Both the position numbers and the translations under genes were made by a program. A stretch of DNA of 64,000 nt from Octopus sinensis (Eukaryota): NCBI RefSeq assembly GCF_006345805.1, contig NW_021831752.1:248001-312000 (forward strand), given 5' to 3'. The notes below the pieces were generated by a model. It was not told the origin of the DNA. It saw nothing but the letters and a program-made list of their open reading frames with translations, and ran no database searches. Shown piece after piece: positions 51,058-61,185 of the stretch (position 1 is its first letter; each line of letters begins with the position of its first letter).

Positions 51058-51549
51058 TTAATAGAGAATTAATGTCGTGAAATTGAGGGTTTCCGACGAC
51101 GAAGCACTGCGGATAGAGAGGCAGTTCCCGCGAAGAATTGCAACCGAGATGCGCTGGAAAAGCCAGCTCGTCTCCCTCCGGTCATTTGTATCTGTGAGAT
51201 TTCTTCCTCCCACAACCCGTAACGATTTTCTACCTTCTTTCCAACCACACGGGATGACTATATTCCCCTTTAGAGGAGGAAGGTCTCTTGTTTGGGATGT
51301 AACTTGCGTCGACTCCTTTTCAGATACTGTGCTCACAGGAACAGCCAGTACACACAGGCTACGCATGTGCGCTGGCAGAAGAAAGGAAGTTGACGAAGTA
51401 CGCTGTGCTTCCGAACGTCGTTGAGTTTTTCCCCTAGCCTTTGAGACCTCCGGTGTGGTTGGAAAGAAGGTAGAAAATCTGTTCGGGTTGTGGGAGGAAG
51501 AATCTCACAGAATACAATGACCGGAGGGAGACGAGCTGGCTTTTCCAGC
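51058..51549. mobile_element. CRE-type retroelement fragment with inversion and ~97-bp duplication
   Basis: Minus-strand 3' end (ETSWLFQRISVAILRGN) joined to a plus-strand upstream segment (GMTIFPFRGGRSLVWDVTCVDSF); arms 51153-51250 and ~51453-51549 are inverted copies. Confidence 0.8.
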
Positions 51550-52099
51550 CCATTTGAATTTTTTATTGCATTATGATTGATTTTTTATTTTTCTTAAAAT
51601 TAAAATCATATTTCACAGAGGTAACGAGTGGGGCATAGTAATCGCTGAGGCATGTGACATATTGCATAATGAAATGGTTCAGCAAATTTTTACTTCTAAT
51701 ATTACATAATGAAATGATTTAGAAAATATTTTTTTCTAATATTAAATGATGAAATGGTTTAAAAAATATTTACTTCTAATATTAAATAACGTTTGAGTTA
51801 GTTTTTCTTGTTTAATTTTTTTCGAATTATTTTTTCGGTGATATAAATGTCTGACTTCTGTTGTCAGACATTTTTCTACCAGACTAAAAGTTTTTGAAAC
51901 ACATATTTGTACTATTAATCCACTTATTTTCGAATTCCTGACCTTACCTTCGTTAATGTTCTTTCGTATTTCAGAATTTGTTTTTTTTATTTTTTTACAA
52001 AAATTTTCAAAGTCAAATTTTCTGACTTTTGTCTATTTTTTGTGCATGTACAGGGAAACCTCAATGTCTCTGAAAACGCTCGAATTCATTATCGAATGG

Positions 52100-53000
52100 T
52101 GACTGTTTATTATTTTATAAAATAAAAATGTTCTCAATTCATTGTTCTAAAATAGTTCAAGTGATCAAATACATCCATATACAATGCTTTGACTCGAGGA
52201 ATCGAAGGTTCGATGTTATTTCTGGATAGGACATGGACCTATTTTGTTCCAAGATTAGCTTACATTGTATGAAAAAGTACTTGATTTTTGTACGACGATG
52301 AAAGTTTGTATAACTTTTGAAGTTATAAATTGGGGAGAGAAAAAAGTCGGTTCTTCTTGAAAAATTATTACGATAACATCGTTCCCAATAAATTTCTTTC
52401 TCCCCAACTTTAATAATGTTTGACGGTTACCAACTTGCTGTGAAGAAACATTATCGATGGGGAGTAATATAGAAACGTGAAAAAATACTTCTATTCCTTC
52501 AAAAAGTTCGTAGTGGACCTTTTCTTCGTTACGTAAATCTCCGGTTTGACTTTTAAATGAATAGAAAATTGTACTTTTCAGTGTTTTTTAATTTGGTTTT
52601 GAAATTTAACAATTTAATGAATTCGTTAAAATTGGCAGATTCCTTATTACCGAAAATAGCATCTTCGTTTGTCTAAAAATGATCGGGAATAATACTTGGC
52701 CTTTTTTCTGGAATAAAATCCCTGCCTGGATTTTTGTTTCTTTTTTGTTTTTGGCCAAATCTAAAAAATCTTGAGAAAATTGAAGGTCCAGTATTGGCTC
52801 GCAGCTGACAGTGTTAATACTGCTGTCGAACTCCTAAGCAATTTTGATCAAACCATGACTCAACGTTTATCAGAGAGAAGATTGAATATTTTTTATTTAT
52901 TTCAAGATATCCCAGACAAGCCGAATCTGACTCTCTGGAATGTGTATCACAATAAAATGAATTATTACTGTATTAGAAAGTTTGGATAAGATTTATTTGA
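52100..53000 (+). pseudogene. Highly decayed piggyBac-like transposase remnant
   Basis: Broken frames KVQYWLAADS, TQRLSE and LRFD resemble PGBD motifs (KFWLAAD..TQRLSE; RFD); no termini identified. Confidence 0.4.
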
Positions 53001-54304
53001 TTCGTTTTTTATTGACACGATAAAATGATTTTTTTGTCTGTCCGAACATAGAAAATTCAAATGCTCCTTGAATTTAGTTTTAGTAGATCACCTTTTTGTA
53101 AAAATGGTTTTCATAGTGCTCAAAATCATTTCTTGGTCTACAAGAAATTATTTTATAATCTTTTTGTGTGTTTGCTTGGTTGTTATATATTTTTTCTTCA
53201 ACCCAGTTAAATATGGGCTTTAGGATAACTAATAACAAAATACAGAAGTTTTTTTCTCTGGCTTTCGAGGCTCTTCTTTAATTTCATTCTCAAATAATTG
53301 ATTAATTATACCTTATTTAAATGATAGCGTTGTTCAGTCAAACTTTTATCGAGCTTTTCCAAGAGATAAGCCCATGTGTTTTGAGGAGGGCTATTTTCAT
53401 TGTCTTGATTGTTTTGAGAATCCATATAAATATTTTATTTTGCTGACGAGAAAAAACAATTGATATATTACTATGCAAACGTATGCAGTTTTCTCAGTAT
53501 TTAATAGTGTCAATTCCTAGTTATTTTAATTAGTTCTTTTGAAATAAAACATTTTAAATTAACAAAGGAGAATATTTTGTATTTGATATTTTTTCGAAAA
53601 ATATTAGGATTTCCTAAAAATAATTGAAAACGTTGAATATTAAAAAACTTCAAATCATTCATTTTTAAATCGAAATTGATGTCCTAAAATTTACTTTTTA
53701 ATTTAATTAAAAGTTGTCATAAAAATAATTTTTATTTTTGGATTTAAAAAACGCTTTTATAAATATAAATTTATATTGGTATTAAATCAAAAATTATTCG
53801 ATCTTTTTTAATTATCCTTGTTTTTAAAAAAATATGATGTTCTAAATATTCATATTTTAGAGTACTCAACAAAGACAAAGGGAAAAAAAATAATAATGTT
53901 TACCTTCTCCCACATCTAACCAAAACAACTTCAATTTTATAATTGGCACAATTGTATTAAAATTTATTAAACTTGAGAGAAAACAAATTAAATTAGGAAT
54001 TTACAGGGGAAACTCCGGGGGGGGGGCTAAAGCACGCACCCTCCTGCGGAAAGTACCGTATGCGTGTTGCCACGGAGAATGACATAATTTATAATTTCAA
54101 AGTGAACATTTAATTTTCTTTGTTGATGTCGACCTTAATTATGAAATATGCCGCATTTAATCAAATTTTTTGATGCCGAGTACAAATTATATCAAAGGAT
54201 CTCAAGTTTTATAAAAAGAAAGCAAATTTGTCCCACATATAAATGTGGAGGGGATTGGAAAAATTTAACGAAAACTTTGGCTTTAAAAAGCCAATTGTCT
54301 AGAG

Positions 54305-54837
54305 CAGGGGTTTTCAACCTTTTTAGCTCAAGGGCCAAATCGATAATTAAGATTAGCTTCGCGGGCCGCACAAAAAATATTTTATATATTTTTATATTTT
54401 CCATTTTACTAAATATTGATTCGCATAAATATGTAGATTCATATATGCATTGTGTGTTATATTTTTGAATTTGTCTTGAGGAATTAATTCGTAAAAATTA
54501 ATAATGGACGCATTTTTGAACAATGCCGCCAGTTCTATATCATGTTGTAAATTAATGAGTTCTAGTTGAAACTTTGCAGGCGCATCCTTAATTTCCACGC
54601 TGAATGGAATTGCGAATATTTTCATTAAAGGAAGGAATTCTTTAAAATTCTAAAAATTAAATTTATATAAATGTACCCCAAAACGTGCTTCAAATTGATT
54701 AATGAAATCACCAATTATGGATATGTTTAACCTTAAGAATGAATAATTAAATTTAAACATTATTAAAAAAATTAAAAAAGTTAGTTACTCTAGAGGGGCC
54801 GCAAAAAAATCCTGGGGGCCGCATTTGAGAACCGCTG
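54305..54837 (-). mobile_element. hAT (Charlie/Buster-type) deletion derivative
   Basis: TIRs CAGGGGTTTTCAAC and CAGCGGTTCTCAAA; 8-bp TSD GTCTAGAG at 54297-54304 and 54838-54845; transposase C-terminal remnant PFSVEIKDAPAKFQLELINLQ..STYLCESIFSKM. Confidence 0.92.
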
Positions 54838-54849
54838 GTCTAGAGTTTA

Positions 54850-55370
54850 GACTCTAGAGGTTAAATTACAAAGAGCTGAATTTGCGCGAAAACTTCTTAA
54901 ATATCAACAAAAGGTCCAAATATCCATGTAATTGGAGCTATTTCAGTGCATGGACTTATTCATTATTAAATAAAACAAAGCTCTTTAAAGTCTGATGATC
55001 CAAAAGAGTTCTATCTTCGCATTTCCTATGAAATAAACAACTCCGGGGCCGAAGGTATAATTGACAATGTTCCATGCCATTCACGACTAGAAGAAATCCT
55101 TTGTAAAAAAGAGTTCACAATCCATCGAATTCTTCGGTTGGAGCCATATACTCCTATGCACAAGCTAGTTGAAAATGCATGTTCATTTTTAAAGGCATGA
55201 GTAAAAAAGATCTATCAACTCATCTTCCATCCATCTTAGAAAATAATCAAACGGACTTAACGCAAAAAGAATATCGCTTACGATGCATTGAGAAGATTAT
55301 TGAAGAAAGCATTGGACTAATAACTGTTCATAAATGTGTTAAATTTATAGCGAATATCTGTTATTAGACA
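54850..55370 (+). pseudogene. Decayed IS630/Tc1/mariner-type transposase remnant
   Basis: KLQRAEFARKLLKYQ, KGPNIHVIGAIS, IIDNVPCHSRLE, LRLEPYTPM; first catalytic Asp region deleted. Confidence 0.65.
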
Positions 55371-56827
55371 TATATTTTTTTACTTTTTCCTTTTCTTATA
55401 TCGGAATTCAAATCTATGTACCTTCAAAAACGGATTTGCCCCCACAATCTTCTAAAATTCAAACCTAAACTGTTATTATTCAATTATACCTCATTTCCTA
55501 TTTCAAAATCATATTTTGACCCGTGTACTCCTATTTTTTTATTCATTCATTTAAAATAAGATGAATGCATGTCTAAAGAAGTAAGATCAAAAATTTTATT
55601 ATTCGTTTCTAAAAATAAATACATCAAGTTCATCTTCGACAAACGAGGCCTCACTATTTTATCTAAATTATAAATGAGAATATGACCTAGTATTCCATGA
55701 ATCACACTGTTAATTCCAGAAATACATCTAAACTTTTTAAAGGGGGTCTCATTGATCGCCTAGTAATGTGTCGTATTATAAAAAAAGTAACTTCGTCTAA
55801 AAACTGTTTTCAATTTACAGTAAACGCACCAATCCTATCCTGAATTGTAAATTATGTAGGTCATATTTGAAAATTGAGAACTTTGAGCATACAAAAAAGA
55901 GCAACGATACTTTCAAGACCAATCTAAAATGCAAAACAAGATTTAGCTTTATAAATATCAAAACTGAAATGAAAATGATGGTGTGAATGAAGAGGACAAT
56001 GACTAAATTATTAATTTGTCTGGATGATTTTCATTAGTAGATATTGATGGATAGTACTATATTTTTATTGGGTTTTAAATAGCAACTTTGATTTCAAATT
56101 TATACTTTTTTTGTCAATTAAATTTATCTGTGAATTAAAATAATGCCTTTCTAACACGTAGCAATTTGTGTTAGTAATCATTTTTAACACATAAGCTACA
56201 GTATTTTTGACTTAGCAATAATTGCAGATTATTAATGTAAGAGAAAATGAAGGTTAGATTTATTTCCAAAAACATTAAAGAATTAGTAAACCAAGAAAAG
56301 TTTAAATCCCGTAATTAACACTCGAAGTAGAAATCTGCCAATTTTTGAGATTCTAAGATACAAAAATGTTGCAAACTCTCATTTTTAGGAGGCGTACTGT
56401 TTTGCTGAAATCTAGCATTATATTATGTCACATGGGCGACTATGTCGCTATGGGCAGCCAGTCCTTTTACGTGTTTCTATGGAAACGCAGAAAAGGTATT
56501 AAATATTGAATATAGCAATTTATATATGGAAGAGTGTAGATTAATCATTATTCTAATTAAAAATTACATTTGAATTATCTTTTAAAAATGGCTTACCCAA
56601 AAGTATATTAATTTTAACAGCGTGGTTACTCACACTCTGTGATGTCTGGGTTTAAGGGTTACGTCAGAAATATTAACGAATACAATCAAATTAAGGAAGC
56701 GTTAATCGGGATATTCCCGGAGGATATGAATGCTCGAAGCAAACACCGGTTGGTCAAAAAGGCTTCCAATTTTTGTCAAAAATGTCTGAAGAATCGTCAG
56801 CAGAAACATCATTTAATTTCGAGTTAG

Positions 56828-57905
56828 GGTTTAATTTCGAGTTAGGTTAGATTTTGAATATTTATGTTGTCACTCTGCCAACGTTAGGGTTAAGGTTAGG
56901 GTTTGATTTTGAATATTTATGTTGTCACTTGCCAACGTTAGGGTTAGATTTTGAATATATTTATGTTGTCACTTGCCAACGTTAGGGTTAAGGTTAGGGT
57001 TAGATTTTGAATATATTTATGTTGTCACTTGCCAACGTTAGGGTTAGATTTTGAATATATTTATGTTGTCACTTGCCAACGTTAGGGTTAGATTTTGAAT
57101 ATATTTATGTTGTCACTTGCCAACGTTAGGGTTAGATTTTGAATATATTTATGTTGTCACTTGCCACGTTAGGGTTAGATTTTGAATATATTTATGTTGT
57201 CACTTGCCAACGTTAGGGTTAAGGTTAGGGTTAGATTTTGAATATATTTATGTTGTCACTTGCCAACGTTAGGGTTAAGGTTAGGGTTAGATTTTGAATA
57301 TATTTATGTTGTCACTTGCCAACGTTAGGGTTAGATTTTGAATATATTTATGTTGTCACTTGCCAACGTTAGGGTTAGATTTTGAATATATTTATGTTGT
57401 CACTTGCCAACGTTAGGGTTAGATTTTGAATATATTTATGTTGTCACTTGCCAACGTTAGGGTTAGATTTTGAATATATTTATGTTGTCACTTGCCAACG
57501 TTAGGGTTAGGTAAGGTTAGGTTAGATTTTGAATATATTTATGTTGTCACTTGCCAACGTTAGGGTTAGATTTTGAATTATTTATGTTGTCACTTGCCAA
57601 CGTAGGGTTAGATTTTGAATATATTTATGTTGTCACTTGCCAACGTTAGGGTTAGATTTTGAATATATTTATGTTGTCACTTGCCAACGTTAGGGTTAGA
57701 TTTTGAATATATTTATGTTGTCACTTGCCAACGTTAGGGTTAAGGTTAGGGTTAGATTTTGAATATATTTATGTTGTCACTTGCCAACGTTAGGGTTAGG
57801 GTTAGATTTTGAATATATTTATGTTGTCACTTGCCAACGTTAGGGTTAGATTTTGAATATATTTATGTTGTCACTTGCCAACGTTAGGGTTTGGGTTAAG
57901 GTTAG
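56828..57905 (+). repeat. 44-bp (variant 56-bp) TTAGGG-containing minisatellite, about 22 units
   Basis: Unit GTTAGGGTTAGATTTTGAATATATTTATGTTGTCACTTGCCAAC; some units add AAGGTTAGGGTT. Confidence 0.95.
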
Positions 57906-57962
57906 AGTTAAAGTTGTTACAAACTTTGCAAAAAATTTGATGTAAATTATAAAACTATGTAG

Positions 57963-58974
57963 TTTTTTTTTTTTTTTTTTTTGATAAAAAAACAGGTAAA
58001 ATGGGGAATAAGTTATACACGAATTAATAGAGAGCCTGGAGGTCAGCTCAAAGTCGCCGCACTGCGTATCGAGTGGCAGTTTCCGCGGAGCACCGCGACC
58101 GAGATTCGCTGGAAGAGCCAGCTCGTCTCCCTCCGTCGTTGGTCTTCTTGGCGATTCTCCTGGCAATGTCGGCAAGAAGGCGAGTCGCAGACCTGCCGAC
58201 AATTCCAGATGTTTCGAAGGCGAGGGGGACAAACTCGTAAGAGTCCGAAATATTTCCATACTTCGACCTCTTAGCCTCCTCAGCCTGAGCACTGGCGGAA
58301 CCCGGGTTAGTGATGGACTTGAGTAACACCGACGCGGAGAACGAGTCAACACAAGTTGCGTCCCAAATCAGGGACTTGCCTTCCCTGAAAGGGAAGGTAG
58401 TCATCCCGTCAGGACGCTTTCCATCACTCCGGCAGAGACCGACTGGCTCTAGAGTGGAGGGGAAACCTGCCGACTCTAGAGCCCTTTTCACGACGTCATT
58501 GAGGTGAGTGTGGCGAGGAATTCTACCAGCACTCTTCTTGCACGAGAGGGCATGCAAACCGTTCGGAGAGATCGTGGACCCGCACCGGCATGGGTGGGGC
58601 TGACAGATGTCCAGGCCCAAGCGTAAGCAGACACCAATCCGTAAGGATTCGTCGTCCAAGAGATGTCCCGTACTAGGGGTAGGGAGTGCATTGAGCCAGT
58701 CTCCCGTATGCGGCTGGCAAGCGCAGTTGAGAGAGGCCAGTTGGACTTGGTCCAACTTTGACCGGAGTTTGCACAGAGTGTCTGAGCAAAAGACTTCGTC
58801 CCAGTTCTTTTGGACTGAAGGGATCGTCGGAAAAACCAGACCGAGTGACGACCAAATGCGCGAGGCTGATGAGAATTCGGAAAGCTCGTTGAGTTCGAGA
58901 GAGGGAAAAAGAACCGAGCAGACCGAATTCCTGGATGCCGAGGTCGAAGAGAGATAGCAAGGCAAGGCTAGGTC
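57963..58974 (-). mobile_element. 5'-truncated CRE-type retroelement with poly(A) tail and TSD
   Basis: ORF 58048-58965 with CCHC finger (HPCRCG..HALSC), RHTHLND, RLE motif KRPDG..WDATC and PLAFETSG; T-run 57963-57982; CTATGTAG(TT) duplicated at 57955-57962 and 58975-58982. Confidence 0.92.
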
Positions 58975-59599
58975 CTATGTAGTTGCCATGGAAACACGTA
59001 AAGGCCAGGTTGCCCATAGGGGTCTGATCACCCATGTGACATATTATAACAGGAAATACGATAAAGTGTCATTAGGCTGGGACATTAGTCCATGTTGAAC
59101 TGCCCTAGTCACTTCATTTTTGGGGTCGACTTGAAAGTCTGGCAGTAAGAGACCCATCAAACCTTTGTATTCGGTAAATTTTGAATTATCTATTTTCCAA
59201 AAACTGGCAAATTCCTCTTCATTGCACCTTGGACACTTTTTCATTCCAAATAGCGTGATAAAACTCCCTATTTATACTAGTCCGGCACGTAATTTTACAC
59301 AAATATCATTTTAATAAACTTAGCAGATTTATGGATATGTGAGTGATATTCTCTTACTCTGTGGACTAGATATTCACACAAATTAGGTCCTTTGCCAGTA
59401 ACTAATAAAATGTTTCAATTAAGATTTAATATCGCATTTTTGATTTTTTGGTAATTGTATGGATTTTGTGGCCTTGTTGATCGTTTAATCACATAACTGT
59501 ATTTTATTGGATTTAAATGTTTGGATTAAGTTTTTAACACCGTTTGAAATAATATTACCAAGGTCCCTTTACTTAATTAATATAGTATAAGCCAGAATT

Positions 59600-60230
59600 C
59601 AAAACCTAAACTTGTTTTTCAGCAACGGGGAGAATAAATGCAACCACTGCAACTCATCCAAGAAGACTGTCGATCACTTTGCTATTAGATGTGGGCGAGT
59701 GCTTAATGGTCCCTACCTTAGACGTCATAACGAAGTGGTCGAATGCTTGCATTTACATCTATGTCGCCAATATGGAATTAAAAAGTCGAAAAAATTAGAA
59801 ACCTATTCAGTCCAGTCTGTTACCACAAATGAATTTGTGGAAATCCGAGTCGATACAAATCTCCTGACTGATAATGCTATCCCAAATAACAAGCCAGACA
59901 TATTTGTTCGTGAAAAATCGAGCAACACAATTACTCTTATCGAGGTGGGGATCACCGGGCAAAAGTAAAGATCGTCCCTGTCGTCATGAACTGGGACGGA
60001 ATAATGTCAAAATTCTTCAAAAACCATCTGGCTGTGCTTGGCGTGGGGGACAGAGTGAAGGCATACATCCAGATACTGGTGTTGCGGAAGACCTTAGAAA
60101 GCATGCAAGCCGAGACAAGGCTCGGGTTATCGATGCCTGTTGAAGAGGTATCCCCTGAATCTAGACTGCGCGTTGACATGAATCTGCCCATCCGTGTACT
60201 GAACGTGAGCATAAAACACTACTGAATAAC
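59600..60230 (+). mobile_element. RLE-type retroelement 3' remnant
   Basis: KCNHC..TVDHFAIRC..YLRRHNEVVECLHL..IRVDT..NNKPDIF..LIEVGIT, then after a deletion WDGIMSK..AYIQILVLRKTLES. Confidence 0.85.
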
Positions 60231-61185
60231 TATTAATTATCTCTTGTTATTAATTTTATGGATATTATATCCATCGTTAAAATCTTTATATCTTATAACA
60301 TCAATAAGATCCGCCTCGAATTTTTCATTTGGACTTTTTGCCGTTACATGGTAATTAGAATCGGATACCTAAGTATATTTATTCAAAAATACATTTAATG
60401 CTCGATCAAATTTACAAAATTCGTAGTCTTTTATAATTTGTTCAATAATAGGGCGTTTCATAGTAAAAAAAATTCATGCACTTCTTATGAATCTTTAGTA
60501 TTCCGCAGTGGTATTCTTGGTGAATAGCGAATGCTATTCCAATAAAGAGGATAAGAAACAAAAAATTTAAAACTACATTCTACTAATGGAATCACAAACT
60601 CCACTTAATATTTTGATAGAAAATTACTTCACCCACCAAAATGTTCAACTACCTCTTGTCAGGATTCTATCCATCTGGATCTCAGGAAGCGGGCGGTAAT
60701 AGCACCTGTTTTTAAATAATCTCCGGCGTTTTGCGTGAAAGTAAAGTCGTAATTAATAAATAATTATAATTATTTTAGGCATGGATCTATATTTTTTAAA
60801 TGGCAGAGTAAAAATTGTTTTAGATAAAATTGACTTAATGAATGGACTATTGACACACCCTTAGATTTCAATTACCACATTTTAATTTCATTTATATCAA
60901 AAATTATCCACAAAAATTGTGAATTACATAAAAATTGTCCATGAAAATTATCTATAATTTTGATTTCCAGTTTATTTCCGCTTAGAACGTTTTATATTAT
61001 TTCTAAATAAAAATTGCTCAAGTTGATTTTAAAAATATTAAAATGTTTTTTTCATTTTCATAAGAGAAAATGTTTGATTTTTTAATCTAATTATATTACA
61101 AAATAGAAAACATTTTTAGTCAATTAGTCGATTAATATTGTGGTTTTCTAAATTTATATATTGAAAAACGAAATAAATTGATAGA

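Larger units (their letters stand above)
42965..51659. mobile_element. 8.7-kb composite TGT...ACA element with 5-bp TSD and nested LINE, Helitron and CRE insertions
   Basis: Left end TGTCACATGCCCCACGCGTTACCATGCCCCAC; right end reverse complement TGTCACATGCCTCAGCGATTACTATGCCCCAC; TATTG duplicated at 42960-42964 and 51660-51664. Confidence 0.85.
56426..59041 (+). mobile_element. TGT...ACA element with 5-bp TSD, truncated integrase-like ORF start, TTAGGG satellite and nested CRE
   Basis: ~60-bp imperfect TIRs beginning TGTCACATGGG; TATTA duplicated at 56421-56425 and 59042-59046; ORF 56641-56827 EYNQIKEALIGIFPEDMNARSKHRLVKKASNF resembles GIN/Ginger integrase N-termini. Confidence 0.85.

Noticed and set aside
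51660-51790. Three ~42-bp AT-rich direct repeats next to the composite element
   Set aside because: Low complexity and degenerate; no function can be supported.
51845-51873. Perfect 11-bp hairpin AAATGTCTGAC...GTCAGACATTT as a terminator or ncRNA
   Set aside because: Isolated, adjacent to a piggyBac-like relic and most simply a subterminal transposon palindrome; eukaryotic context.
43158-57905. True chromosome end or telomere fusion
   Set aside because: The tracts are short or degenerate, single-orientation, and enclosed by TIRs with intact target duplications; ordinary genes continue beyond them.
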